From Paragordius varius (lineage: Eukaryota; Animalia; Nematomorpha): a stretch of 64,000 bases of DNA. The stretch's first letter is position 1, and each line of letters opens with the position of its first letter. The DNA is taken from positions 372,001-436,000 of the forward strand of contig OZ176060.1 in NCBI GenBank assembly GCA_964247055.1. The letters run 5' to 3'. Below the pieces are notes generated by a model. That model was given only the letters and a program-made list of their open reading frames with translations. It was not told where the DNA came from and made no database searches. Of this stretch, positions 25,087 to 39,482 are shown piece by piece. The translations under genes and the position numbers were made by a program.

Positions 25087-25089
<3 letters not shown>

Positions 25090-25129
<40 letters not shown>

Positions 25130-25141
25130 TATATATATATA
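25090..25141. repeat. (TA)n microsatellite
   Basis: About 25 TA units with one interruption. Confidence 0.95.
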
Positions 25142-25289
25142 AAATATGTTATGCTTATATTTCACAAAACTAAAAAAATATGAATATTTATACCTTGCTA
25201 AAAATAAATATTTATTTTAACACAAATAGTATATTTAAATGTTCATTATGTAAAAATAGGCCATCTATTTAATTAATGTAAAGAAGATA

Positions 25290-26050
25290 TATAAGGCTCT
25301 GCTATTTTCAATTTAAAATACATGGTTTTGGATTATAGGTTTGTTTGTTATTTGATAAAATTTGTCCAAAAATTGTTACTCATTTTTCAATTAATTTTAT
25401 GGAAATGGTTTAAAAACGCTTTAAGATATACAAAAACTATTTCTATATAAATCAATAGTGAACATTTTGAACGGTTAAAAATTTTAATTATAAAAGTATT
25501 TGCTTTCAAATTATCGGGATTGAAAAGAAATTTATATTTAACTTGAAGACAAACAGACCTTAAAACGAAGTTCTGAGGTGAAGTTATTAGATCATCAAAC
25601 TATGTAGAAAAAGTGGTTATATATTATCTTAAACACTTTTATACTGTTACCATTATACCTCTAATAGTATAAGTACGCTTCAATAAAATTTTGCTAAATA
25701 TAATTTAAAAATTTCCATTTTTATAATTTTCTATATATTAGCATATATAAAATTTTATCGCGCAATCTGGACATTTGTGCGTTTATTTTAAAAGGCTTAA
25801 CCCATTTTGGAATACCAAAAATATTTGGGACCATCTGGGCCTACTTCTAAAAATTTAATAAATTTTGATATTATTGTTTTTACTTTTTATTCTAGTTTAT
25901 AATATATTTAAAGATATTTTTGAATTGAAGCATTTAGCTTTCACCAAAAGAATTTTATTTAAAAATGTGCCCTGCTATTTTCTGATATAGATGACTAATC
26001 ACAAAAGTTTAAATATCTTTCCTATATCACTCGTAAGGGCCAATTGATTA
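25290..26050 (+). repeat. Dispersed repeat (family D), also at about 38290-38690 and 52150-52690
   Basis: Shared blocks TATAGGTTTGTTTGTTATTTG, GAAGTTCTG, AGTACGCTTCAATAAAATTTTGC and ATCACTCGTAAGG in the same order. Confidence 0.7.
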
Positions 26051-26614
26051 TATGACCAATTTTCATTTCCATATTATACTTTGCGGTTTAAAACAATGAT
26101 ATATTTAAATAAAAGATTAAAAAAGTATGGTTCTCTTTTTGAATATAAGCTTTGTCCGTATGATTTCAATTACTATAATATTCCTAAATCACTAATTTCT
26201 TCCCAACCTTGTTTTGTTCACACACCAAATTGAAAACTTCTTGCACTCCTCCTATCCAAGATAAAAATATAAATTTATAATATTATAAAAATGCCAATTA
26301 ATATGATTCTTATATCTGCATTTTTTTTAAATAAGTAGCAAATCTTAATAATTTACACCTACCTGATATTCATTTTGTGTCTAGTTAGGTTTATTTTTGG
26401 GTATCTCTAATAGTAACTCTATTGATCATAACCAGCATTAGTGATCATTTAAACCACTGTTTAGTAGTTAAAAAAAGACTTATAAAAAAATAATAATTTT
26501 TGTCTTAACTACTCAATTAATAGTCTCCATTTTTTGCGCCCCCTTAGATTTTTCTACTCCCTATTGGGAAGCACTGTCCTAAGGTATTCTTTCACGCTAC
26601 ACAAAATCGCCAAC

Positions 26615-27230
26615 CAAAACCCCTTGATATTTGATTTGGTAGGAGAACAAACGGAACCTTTATATCTTTCGCGGATCAAACTACCAAAAAGCAGAAAGAA
26701 ATTAACTCCGATGTGTACTAATTATTCCAATGATATAGGTATGAATAATATTAACAAGCTATTTGATGATATAAAACTTATTGAGTCCATGACACTCAAA
26801 AATTGGTGAATTGTTATCGATGTATTCAATGTGATAAAATTTATAAGGTTAAACTTGTTTAGCCAGACATATTCATTCTGTTCATGATCAAGTTAAATAT
26901 CCGTGCAAAATTTGTTCAAAGTTGTTTTCTGACAAAAGCTCTCTTACTAACCACATTTATTCAGTTCTAAGAAAATTAAACATGAATGTCCGATTTGTAA
27001 AAAACCATTTACTAAAAAATGCCATCTTCCAACTCATATACAGAGTGTTCATGAACAAATAAAACATCAATGTCCCATTTGTAAATACGAGTTTTCGCGA
27101 AAAGAAAGTCTTGGAAGGCACATGTAATATGAACAAATTAAACATGAATGTTTTATTTGTAAAAAGAAATATGCCGGCCGAAAAGGGCTATCTTGCAAAA
27201 CACATTGAATCTGTTCATAAAAACATCGAT
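26615..27230 (+). pseudogene. C2H2 zinc-finger paralog, degraded
   Basis: NPLIFDLVGEQTEPLYLS, then RCIQCDKIYK, YPCKICSKLFSDKSSLTNHI, HECPICKKPFTKKCHLPTHIQSVHEQ with stops and frameshifts. Confidence 0.85.
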
Positions 27231-27554
27231 GGGTCTAATTAGACTCATAAACGCAGTTACAGGTATAAAAATATATCTTAAAATTATTTGTAAAAACACA
27301 TATAAATTTAATACATTAATATATATAACATAGCACATAAATATAATTGCTAGGCATATTAAAAATATAAATTGATTTCATTTGTAAAAACATCAAAATT
27401 TATTATAATTTTGTTTTCAATATATCATTTTTTGTAAATAAAAATTGAGATTTAGTTTATTATATAGAGACGTTTTTCTAATGCATCGTTAATAAAATAT
27501 TTTACATGCTAATTGACCACTTGTACTGGAGTTTTTTGTAAATAAAAAAAATTA

Positions 27555-27807
27555 CAATAAAAATCAAAATTATACCCACAAAACGTAAAAATAAAAACAC
27601 AACTATTTTCTTAAAGACTACCATAACTTTTACATCGTGATTTTCTTAATTACGGATTGTTGCAGTGCAAAATAAAGTATAATCAAATAAGTATTTTACA
27701 ATTCGATAAAATAATTTATGTAGAATTAAAATTTAAAATATATGGTTGTTTAAAAAAAGATTTGGCTTAATATTTTTGCGTTTTGCATATAATTTTAATT
27801 TTTACTG
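27555..27807. mobile_element. pogo/Tc1-like MITE
   Basis: TA-CAATAAAAATCAAAATTATACCCACAAAACG ... CGTTTTGCATATAATTTTAATTTTTACTG-TA. Confidence 0.65.
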
Positions 27808-29189
27808 TACAATAATCACTATATTGTTGAATAATTAGCAATATCGTAGCGTATATATTTAACATATCTTGTCCATAAATTAAAAAACAAATTTAATGTT
27901 GTTATTAGGAAAAATGTTTATTTCAATTTATTGTTTTTTATCACAAGTTACTTAATGCAAATTTAATAATAATGTGGAGTAGCCATCAATAAAGTGGGTA
28001 CAGTATATACTCTAAGTTTTAAATTATTTTAAATAGAAGCCACGGTTCAATCGGAGTGACACGCTTTTTTATTATACATAATTATCAATTTTCAAAAGGT
28101 TACGATTATACTTGTTATAATAAATCTTTAAGCACTAAAACTATAATATTTACATAAAAATTCAAAAATAAGATCAAAATTGTTAGTCACCCCAAACCTT
28201 AAATCGAAATATATAATTTTTGTAATAAATTTTTTATACGTGCCCGCGTGAAATTTTCTCCTAAAATAGTAGCCCGAGGGAAAAAAGGTTGTAAGATGAC
28301 CTACCAAATCAATTATAAAGTAGTTTACATTGATTTAATAACGTTTTGGTGCTGTTGTATTTTTTTATCTTCCCATAAGTTAAAAAGGTTATGAATCATC
28401 ATAGGTAAAATCATCAATTTTAATGATTAATTAATTAAAAAACGATAAAATATCTATTTTTGGTCAAATTTTAATCAAGCAAGAAACAAATTAAACCAAT
28501 AACCATTTAGAATATTTTATATAATAGTAGGAGCGTATATTTACTGCATCAATTAGATGGCATATTTTTATATTATATTTTATTTTTATTAGGGCCTAAA
28601 CTCAACTTACTAATAATTAAAAAAAATATATTTTTTATAAGGAGTTAACAAGAATTTTTCCACTTTTATGAAGGAAAATATATTTATAATTATCATTTAT
28701 ATAAATAGACACCTCTCCTAGAATGGTAATAGATAAATTTTTAACTAATACATCCTTAAAATTATCAAAATTTAATTAAAATGCCAGAATTAGCTTGGAT
28801 ATTAGCAAAAAAATGGATGCAAAAGAGTTTAAGATGGATAGAATAAACGATTTACTTCCCTTTTTCTATTTTCAACCAAATACGATAAATAGTATTATAA
28901 ATTCATTTAAAAAAGTCGTTAGTCTTTTAAATAAATTATTTGTCTTTATATGTTTACGATGTGTTTTTTAATAGATTTACAAATGGGAAAGTAATATATA
29001 TGCACCTTTTTATATACCATTTAATGTGTTTTTTAAAGTTAAAATACATTTTTTATGTTCATAAAAAATCAAAGTTTGATTAAAATTGATATAATATTGA
29101 AAAAATAACAAACTATGGGATTTCATATTTATAATGCATTCATGTAGGCCAAAAAACACATAATTTATTAGGGTGTATGTGAATTTTTC

Positions 29190-29270
29190 AATGGATTTGA
29201 ATAGTTCGAGGGTGATTTGAATTGTTTAATGGATTTGAATAGTTCGAGGGTGAATTTGAATAATTCAAGA
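29190..29270 (+). repeat. Short array of the 21-bp TTCAAGGGTGAATTTGAATTG minisatellite
   Basis: 3-4 degenerate units; same unit as 51710-52140. Confidence 0.7.
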
Positions 29271-29869
29271 AAAAATTGTAAATGGTATATATTATTACTG
29301 GAGCCAAAAAGCAAGAATAAGTTTAATTAAATGCTCATAACTTAGAGGGGCTTACACAGTCAAATTAAGATTTTAGGAATGTTTTGAAATATATAATTTG
29401 AAATTTTTGTTAGATAAATTATTAAAGAAATATTTATTTATAGTCAAAAATTTAAGTTTTGTTGGAGATAACAAGTGTTAAGGTTCAGGTACTGCATTTT
29501 TATATAATGATATTTAAATATTTATTGCCTTCATAAAAGTGAAAAATTTGCCTATTAACTCATTTATGAGGAATAAATGTTTATTTTATTAAAAGTACGT
29601 TAAGTTTATGCCAAGAACCAATAAGAAAATCATATAGTTATAAAATATGCCATCTAAATAATGCAGTAATGGTTCTGCTATTATTAAAAAAATGTTAATA
29701 AATAGTTTATATTCGTTTTACTTGAAAAATGTGTCAAAATTATGTTACTTTATATTTTTTATAAAAATTATGCTCTTAATTTAATTAATTGGGGAATGAG
29801 GATTTCACTAATGATGATCTAAAACCTTTGTTATTTAAATGGCATTACATATTATTAATGAATATTTCC

Positions 29870-30260
29870 GAATAGCCTAACAGCAAAGTAATTAAACGTT
29901 GCCGAAAAATCAACAATAATCTCCTAATAATAAATTTTGAGGGGCGAACATACAAAACCTTTGGACCTTAAAAAGGATATTGATTCTAATGATATAAGCA
30001 TGAATATATTATAATAAATGGCAACACCAAAACCTATTGAGTTCTTAAACATTTAAAAATGAAGAATTTTTATCGATGCACTCAATATGATAAAATTTTT
30101 AAGGGTAAAAATGTTTAATCCACACATGGTCGTTCGTTTCATGAACAAAAATATCCAACGCACATTAAAACTTTATTAAAAACATGAATGTCCGAAATGT
30201 AAAAAGAAAACATTTACTCAAATAAAACATCTTGAAACATATATAGGGTTTTCATGTACA
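29870..30260 (+). pseudogene. Highly degraded zinc-finger paralog
   Basis: GEHTKPLDLKKDIDSNDISMN and KHECPKCKK remnants. Confidence 0.7.
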
Positions 30261-32019
30261 TAATCCTTGTCCGTGTAATACTCTGTTTTTAATAAAACCA
30301 ATCAAAATTTAAATTTAGGTTGACTCACATTACTTTTACGTTTATTATATCTAGTCTCGTTTACTTGATTTGGTTTATTTATTATGCCAAAAGATATAAT
30401 ACAGCAGTTTTATTCGCAAAATCTATAATTTTTTACAAAATATTATGACAATGCTGCTACTCATTTTTCTGGCTTTTTATGTCATTAAAAATAATTGACT
30501 GCTTTTTTTTAAAAAAGGGAATGATACTACAATTTGTAAAAAATGATTTAAATATTAATAAATTAAATTTAAAAAACTATTTCAAAATATTATAATTTAT
30601 AATGATAAACTAATTATCAAAAAAGTTTAAACTTTAAAAATTTAACTCAATATAAAATATTAAAGGTTTTTTAAAAATAAATGAAAATATCAATTAAATA
30701 GATTTTAGTATTAAATATATATTATTCATTTAAATATTTTAAAACCATAAATTAATTCAAAACAAAAATTGATATATAAAATGAAATGAGAGACGATTTC
30801 ATTTCTTAACGGTTTTTTCGAATTTGCTTTTATTTTATTGAAATAATATTTAAATGTATTTAAAAAATGGATATTTATATTAATAAATATTTTTGGGAAT
30901 TTATAAAAATTGATTATTTTATTTTAAATTATATGTAATATTTAGATTAACTTTGACTCTTATTAACGTGACTACTGAAATGTATAGGCCATCTTTTTTA
31001 TGTTTCGTTATGTATCTTTATTTAAACAAAACTGGCTAGGAATGTATAAAAAGTTATGTTAGAATGTTAACTGAACAATTACAAATTATGGGACTAAAAA
31101 AATAATTAGTTTGGTATGCTAAAAATTAAATAAAGCAAAATTTTGATTTTTGTAAAATATTTGTTTTAAATGGCAAAATGTGAATTATAAATATATTTCA
31201 CAAAGTTTTAATTCTTCAATTGTAATTAAAGAGCGTATAGAGGAAAAATTAGTGTTTGAAAAAGTCTGTTTGTATTTCTATTTATTTTTATATTAATTTT
31301 TTGATTGTATAATAAATTTCTTAATTCTTAGTAATTAAAATAACAGTTCGATAAATATCCGATCATAAAGTATTATAAAATAATTAATATTTTTCACACT
31401 AATATTCGCGGCATATAATTTAATTTAAATAAACATAAGAAAAACCAAAAATATACAATTCCGGATTTACAAATATACTATAATAAATGACCTGCATATA
31501 TATCAATGCGTACCTGACATAAAATTTTTAAATAAATTATAAATAATTATAATATTTTTAATATATTTTTCGTTAATCTATAACACTATTTACCTTGTAT
31601 CTAAATTTTGATATTATTTTAAGTCAATGATTAGCAAAAATTAAAAATTGTATTGAAAACCTAAACTAACGAAGATTAAAGCAAGCTTACTTATTTGATT
31701 ATGGCTATATATAATATTTATTTGAATAATTCAAAAGCCATACTAGTTCGATAACTAAGAATGTATAAAAATTAACATGTAATTAAATTTGAATTAGATT
31801 ATTAAATATTTTATTTCAATATATTACCATGTATTTATAAAATCGTATAAATCCATACTTTGATAAATATAAACCTTTATCAACCAATAAATGCCACTTG
31901 ATATTATTTAAAACTTTCGAATTAAGTATTTCCTGATCTTTGTCTAATTATATGAGATATTCTTGTAGGTTGGATTATATCTGGATATATGTCATTTTCT
32001 AATTTTTTATTTCTTGTTT

Positions 32020-32290
32020 CTATGAAAATGTAATATTTTTGGTAAATTTATAGTTTTTTAACTTAAAGCGCAAGGAAAGGTTTAAGCTGATAATATTGAA
32101 AATGCCTGGCTTGCTGATTAAACCGTAGAGTTTATTTGTTAAATAGAAAACTGGAAGTATATACAGTACCCACTTTATTGTTGGCCACTTCACATTATTT
32201 TTGGCAAATAGGTAATACAGTAACATGTGAGTAAAAAACAACAAACGATGTAAAATAAATATTTTTACCTATATTGGAAATTTGTTTTAT
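32020..32290 (-). pseudogene. Copy of the spliced exon module (the ORF track reads through a lost 33-nt intron)
   Basis: LFFTHMLLYYLFAKNNVKWPTIKWVL-[YILPVFYLTNK]-LYGLIS; the bracketed 11 aa correspond to the GT..AG intron of other copies. Confidence 0.5.
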
Positions 32291-34034
32291 AAATAATTTA
32301 AATAAATAATTTTATTTACAAAATTTGTATATTTTCATCCTATTATATTATACTTTACATTTAAAAAGTATTTTAATTAACATATATTTGTATATTATTT
32401 ATGGACAAAATTTGTCATATATCATACATTCCTGTATAGTTAATTAACCATTAATAAAGGGCGTAATATACAATAATATAAAAATTTTTGAAAACGTAAA
32501 AATATAAAGACAAAATTTATAAAGACAAACCATACATTTAAAATTTATTTATACTTACATTCGAATTGTTAAATACATAATTAATTGTGTTACTAATTTA
32601 ACACTATTTATTTTACAATCAGTGATGTAAAATCAGTTTAAAAAAAATCAAGATAAGAAAAATAATTACTTTTATACTTTTACGTTTTTTCCGTATATAA
32701 TTTTATTGTAGTTGATTGTGTTACGAATTTAACTCTATTTTACATGCATTGTAAAACATTCAGTTATAATGAAAATCAAGAATTACAGTTATCTTTAAAA
32801 AAAATATTTGTCTTTTAAGCCACCATAACGAAATTGCGTTGTTTAGGAGTTACTTTTAAGAAAACTTATCACATATAAGTTAAGGGCCAAAAACATTACC
32901 CGTAAAAGGCAATAATTTAAACTATAAAAATTATACGGACAAAACGTATAAATTTAGGGATAAATATTTTTTTTCAAACAACCATATTATTGTTAACCGG
33001 GTTTTTTCTTCAAACTATTTACTAACACTGTAAAATTAATAATTATTCAACATTCATCTCTAATTCATATTTTGCAATAAAATAAATTACAAAGTTCTTT
33101 TAAAAAATATTTATCTTAAATTTTTCTGTTTTAACCGTATAATTCTCAATTATTACTATATCATATATATAATATAAATTAGACGTTTTTATTAAATTTT
33201 TAAATACTATTATATATCTTCAAATTAAAACATTGCAAAACCGATTTTAATTTTAAAGATACTAACAATATTTTGTTTACGAGTTTAATAGGTTATCCAA
33301 TATATGTTATCAATATTATCAAACTTTAGTAAATATTTAAATTTTACAGGCTTAATTAAAATATAAAGACAATTTATAAAAAGGAAGTTTATATTTTCCA
33401 AACTTATCCTAAATAATTCATTTAATTCCAATTGCAAAATTCATTGTGATACGTTTACATCTCTATATCATATTTTGCTTTTTTGAGATACTGAAAATTG
33501 AATTTTAATTTTATTTCTTGTTTATATTATATATATATATTGAATTGGTCAATTTATATTTCATTGTGTAAGTCATTTTGTACTGTTATGTTGTTAATCC
33601 TTATAAAAATAAAATACACCTATAACGTCAAAAAAATTCTAAATTATTTACATAATTTATTTAATTTTTAAAGATATATGTAAATATTATATGGTTTAAG
33701 TTTCTTAGTACTTAACGACTAACCGAGTGAAACGTAATTTTCTGAAAAGTTTAAGCTGACAATTACCTTTAAAAAGCGTAGCTAGCAAATTAAACCGTAG
33801 ACCCTATTTGTTGTATGAATAAAACTTAGAGTATATACAATACCCTTTTGTTGGCCAATTGACATTATTTTTTGCCAATTGGCAATACAGTAACGTGTGA
33901 GTAAAAAAAACAAACGGTTAATAAAGATTTTTGAATTTTTACAACATTACATTGTTTTTTAGTTTATGGACAAAATTTGTTTTATATTGTACACTATTGT
34001 ATTGCTAATTGGCAACAATAAAGTGACTACTGTA

Positions 34035-34292
34035 CAGTAAAACGAAATTATACGCCAAAACACGAAATATATAGTGAATTTTTTTGAAACAACCATATTT
34101 TTAAAATTTAATTTTTCATACAAAAACTATTGAATTGAAATTATAAAATACATAATTGATTATACTTTAGTTTTCAATCTGCAACAATCAGTTAATTAAG
34201 AAAATCAAGATGTAAAAGTTATGGTTATCTGTAAGAAATAATATTTGTCTTTATATTTTTACATTTTGTCGGTATAATTTCGATTTTTACTG
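34035..34292. mobile_element. pogo/Tc1-like MITE
   Basis: TA-CAGTAAAACGAAATTATACGCCAAAA ... TTTTGTCGGTATAATTTCGATTTTTACTG-TA. Confidence 0.75.
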
Positions 34293-34595
34293 TAATTCAT
34301 TTTTTATCTACAAAAGAAAACTCCAAAACAGAGCGATCAAATAGCATTTATTTTATTAACGATGGATTTTGGAAAACGTCTTCATTAAAATAATATTAGT
34401 CTCAAATATCATTTGCGAAATGTATATATAAACAAAATACATTTAATGCAACATTTAATATATTATATATGTTGAATTAAGTATTAATTATGTACATTTT
34501 TTTATATTCTTGGTAAGATTGCCTTTTCCACTATATTATCGAACATTCATATTTAATTTTCTTGTGAACTCCCTGAATATGTGTTTCAAGAGAGC

Positions 34596-35486
34596 CTATT
34601 TGAGAAAATTAGTTTTACAAATCGGACATTCATGTTTAATTTTCTCATGTACAGACTGAATGTGTGTTGCAAGATGCCATCTTTGAGTAAATTCTTTTTT
34701 ACAAATTAAACTTTCATATTTAATTTTTTTATGAACAGCATGAATATGTGTTGCAAGATTGCCTTTTCCAGTATATTCCTTTTTGCAAATCGGACATTCA
34801 TGTTTAATTTTTCTGTGAACACCCTGAATATGTGTTGCAAGATTGCCTATTTGAGAAAAATTAGTTTTACAAATCGAACATTCATGATAAATCTTATGAG
34901 CCGACTTAATGTGCCTAGCAAGATTGCATTTTTGAGAAAACTCATATTTACAAATATTGCATAAATATTTAATTTGTTCATGAACAGAACGAATATGTGT
35001 GGCTAAAACATGTTTAATCATATAAATTTTATTACATTGAATACATCGATAATTATTAACCAATTTTGAAGAGTTTAAAGATTCACTAGGTTTTGCATTA
35101 TTATTGTTATCATTAAATAAATTGTTAATATCATTCAAGCTTATGCCATTGGAATCAACATTTGAAGATAACGAGCTTATATCTTTTACATTTTTTGGTG
35201 ATTTTTTCAGAGAAAGATCTAAAGGTTCTGTCTGTTCTCCTACCAAATCAATAACTAGGGTATCTTTGTTGGTTTTGGTATCATTTTTATTTTCATAGTC
35301 AAAATTATTATTTTGTTGAGTGTTTTCGCTTTTGTGTTCCCTCAAATAACAAAGGTTATGGAAAGAAGCGTTCAAAATTCTCCGTAAATCATCGTTTGTA
35401 AAATCTTCATTTTCCAATAAATTAAGAAATGAGGCCGGTTTAGATGGATCATCAATATATGTTTCTTGTTGATTTTTGAGTTCCAC
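34596..35486 (-). CDS. C2H2 zinc-finger protein with PLDLS motif; last fingers frameshifted (possibly a young pseudogene)
   Basis: ORF with shared N-terminal domain, EPLDLSLKK (35211-35225), five fingers (one with C>S) and a sixth broken by a frameshift. The true start probably lies in an upstream exon (TTTTAG acceptor near 35545). Confidence 0.7.
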   Translation of the reverse strand: MELKNQQETYIDDPSKPASFLNLLENEDFTNDDLRRILNASFHNLCYLREHKSENTQQNNNFDYENKNDTKTNKDTLVIDLVGEQTEPLDLSLKKSPKNVKDISSLSSNVDSNGISLNDINNLFNDNNNNAKPSESLNSSKLVNNYRCIQCNKIYMIKHVLATHIRSVHEQIKYLCNICKYEFSQKCNLARHIKSAHKIYHECSICKTNFSQIGNLATHIQGVHRKIKHECPICKKEYTGKGNLATHIHAVHKKIKYESLICKKEFTQRWHLATHIQSVHEKIKHECPICKTNFLK

Positions 35487-37129
35487 TTTATAAAGCTTAG
35501 TATCGAGATCACACCAAAGTTTGTAAGTCGAGTCGCCGAAATCTAAAAAAATTGTGAAAATTAATTATAAAAAATGATTTGTAAATGACGAGTCGAAAAT
35601 ATATACGCCAAAAACCGGTTTAATTTAATGACATTAGTTGAATATTACTAAATAAATACAAGAGAAAATGTAAGAAATAAAAAGACAAAAAATTTTCTTA
35701 AAAGATTACCATACCTATTTTTTCCAAATAAATAATTTATTTACGTTCTAAAATATATAATAGATGTTACCACATACTTTTTTAATGTTGCTTTTTTACT
35801 TAAATATCACGGTTTAGAATTGCCAAGTAAGAATTAGACATAGTTTTAGATTTGTCTTTATATTTTTACGTTTTCTCCGTATATTTCAATTTTTACTGTA
35901 TTATTTGAGTAACTTTGCGAAGATAAACTGTAACTAAACTTAAAAAAATAAAATAATCTATTATAATATAATATTGCATAAAGTCGCTATAAAGCTGGAT
36001 TGGTATTTATAAAACACTAAAAATGACAAAACTATTATATATAAATTATATCAAAATTTTATAGGTCAAACCTAAAATTTTTCTCAGAAAAGCAATGTTG
36101 ATATAATAAAATTAGAAAAATGTTATAAATAAAAAAAATTAAAATTTATTATTTTATAATCAGTTTAATTTTATCAATTATCTAATTAGAACGTACATGA
36201 ATTTTACATAAGGTAATTTGATTAATAATCATTTTATTAATAAAACATTGGTATATAATAAATTTAATTTTTTCTATATATTTATTGACATTATATTTAT
36301 ATGATGAATTTTAAATAAATTATTATTAAAAATAATTATATAAAAATAAAAAATAATAAAAATTTCAAAATCCAAAAAATAATCTAAAAATATGAACTAA
36401 ATTTTTTATTTATACTCTTAATATGCTAATATATTTTAAAAAAAGATGATCTAAATTAAATCACAAAAAATATATTCAATTAATTAACCAATTTTTAAAA
36501 ATTTTTAATTAATTTTCAAAAATTTAAATAATGAAAAATAATGATATTAAAAATGTAAATTATATAATTATATCAAATAATTTTGTTAAAAATTAAATAT
36601 TTAGTAATAAAAATTTGAAATAAAATAAATTAATTGAAATATAATATTTATATCTATAATATAAACATATACCCATTTCCAAATAAATTTGAATATATTT
36701 TCGAATAAATGAAAAGCAGACAATTAATAAAAACCGTTAAAATAAAAATCGTCTGTCGTTTCTTTTTATACTTTTTCTATTATTTTTATGGTTTAATAAT
36801 TATAATTTTTTAAAATTAATGTAAATAGTTTATATTACATTTAAAAATAGTTAATTTTCAGAAACTAATATTATTTTACAAATACCAACTTGTATTTAAT
36901 AACAATTTTATCAATTTTTATTGATATAATTATTTAAATTATTTATTAAAGATAATTTATGTTTCATTTAAAAAAATACTTTTTTAATTAAATTTATTTA
37001 TTTATTTTTTGATAATTTTTACGATTCTGATATCACACCTTTTTGAGAAACAGTATATATTTTTAATGACAAAGTATATTCATAAATTTTTCATATTATA
37101 TAAAAAAATTAAATGATTAGAGGTGGGCC

Positions 37130-37408
37130 GTGTTTTGCCCTCTGAGACTTTCTGTGCGACCCGCAATAAGCTTCAAATTTAAATTCAAAAATACATGCTC
37201 ATAAAATTTTAGTAAAATTGATATTAATCAACATTTTCTAAATATATGTATCTAAATAGCAAGAATGAAAAATAATTGTCGCATTCCGTTTTCTTTTTGT
37301 TTTATGTTTAAAATCAAATAAAATTATTTATAGAGGCCCGCATATGTGTATGCAGGTGGTTGAGCTAATAAATGCGGCCCGCAAAGCCTTTTGTGTTAGA
37401 CCCCCCTG
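37130..37408 (-). mobile_element. hAT-type MITE upstream of ZNF gene
   Basis: Ends GCGGCCCGC...GTTAGACCCCCCTG; inverted near-identical copy at 55057-55315 and a diverged copy at 43250-43520. Confidence 0.75.
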
Positions 37409-39482
37409 CGTCAAACCATTAATTCAATTAATGAAGTTGATTGATGTAATATTTTTCAGTGAAATATAGTAAATATAACCGCCTTTTAAATAAAATGTTA
37501 TTTTAAAAAAATCATTTTATTTATACTAATTTGTTTCTAAGCAAACTTTTGAGTCTAATAATTTTTGATACGAGAATGAATATATAGTTTTTAATAAACA
37601 AAAAATTATAAGTAAAATTCGCGTTGATATTAGAAAGTGTTTTATCAATTTTATACATTTATTATTAGGTACCATTTTACAAATGCATCTTCTATATCAA
37701 GCAAATTGTAAAATTTGTAATAATGAATATTTCAACTGAAACTATTATTATAAAATTTGTTTAAGCAAAACTAAAGTCTACCTATGGTACATATTAAAAC
37801 TTTTTATTCAGTGAAAAGTTAGTGCAATGTTCGGTGTTTTAGGACAAAGGCGAGTTTTCACTCGAGTTAGTTTTTTTAGTTTGTTTTTAAAAATTTAGGA
37901 ATAAATATACTTTGCAAAATTAATTTAATCACAGTTACTTATTTTTTAACCCTAATATTTATGCAATTTGGACTGCGATTATATGGCTCTGCCATTTTTA
38001 TTATTAAATACATGATAAATTTTGGATTAATTGATTTGTTATTTTTTGTTCAAAAACTGTTACTCGCTTTTGAAATTAATAATGAGTATAAAGCTTTAAG
38101 ATATAATAAAACTTTTTTTATATAATTCAATAGTGATAAAAATTTGAACATTTCAGGATCTTAATTAAAATTATTTGTAAAAAAAGTTATATTTTATAAT
38201 CAATATCTTTTAATTAAGGTTCTGCCTTAATAGAAATGTTTACCATTATGAATTATGAAAAAGTGTTTTTAAAATATCTTAAATACTTTTATACCGTTTC
38301 CATCAAACCTCAATAAAAATAGTATAAAGTACGCTTCAATAAAATTTTGCTAAAAATTAGATTTTTAAAAATTTTGCATATAATTATTTTTAGTATCAAA
38401 TTTAACATATATTTTTTATTCCGCATTCTCGGCATTTTTTTATTTATTTTAGGGGGAATAGCACATTTTAGAGGAGCAAAATGGGACCATCTAGGCTCAC
38501 ATCGAAAAATAAAATTTTTTGAAAATATTGTTCTGTTTTTGTTTATTTTAGTAATATTTTTTAAAATGTAGCACTTTACTTTCACTAAAAAAAATTAAAT
38601 ATGTGCGCACATACGGATTAGTTACCACAAAAGTATAAATTAGTTTTTTTAATCACTCGTAAGGACCAACAGAATACCGCTATTTTATCAGGTTATTTTA
38701 GGCTCGGTTAAATTTCGATTTGAAATAAATTGAATATATTAATAGTAAATATTGTAAGGTTGCGAAACTGGTATCAATAAACCCTTATATAAAACAATTA
38801 AATATGGAAAAAAATTTAAATTACAAAATTTATTTTTAATTTTCTTGTGAATCTGTATTGGTTAATTTAAAAATTAAAAACAAGCATGATTTATAATAAA
38901 AATTTTTAAATATAAAAATCCATAAGTAATCTAACTAGTTTTGTTAATTTAAATTCAACAAATAATTTGTTAAAATATATTGCATATTAATCTTTCTAAT
39001 TTTAAAATCAATAAATAAAACAGAGATCAAAACAAAAATAAAAATTTTTTTTATACAAATAATTTATCAAATTAACATATATACAATATCTTAAATTTAA
39101 ATTTACCCAACTAAAAAAAATAATAATATTTTTTTTGGAAATTATAAAAATTATTTGATTTATAATAATTTTTTTTAATAATTTAGCATAATATTGATAA
39201 ATATATTATTTAAAAATATACATTTTTATAATAATCATGAAAAAATTAATAAATATACCCATGCTCTATATACATTTGAATATTTTGCAAATAAAGAAAA
39301 AGAGGATAAATTAAAAAACCGTTATGAAATGAAATCGTCCGTTGTTTCATTCCTAATTGTTGTTTTTACCATGGTTTAAATATAATTTTTAAAGTATAAA
39401 TTCAAATAAAATTTCATTGTAAATATTTTATTAAAACTAATACCATAATTAAATTTTGTTTTTTATTATTATATCTATAATT

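Noticed and set aside
34731-35298. ORFs antisense to ZNF genes (also 15680, 20531, 26957, 27153, 41630, 57004, 58570)
   Set aside because: Shadows of repetitive finger codons, with no independent protein features.
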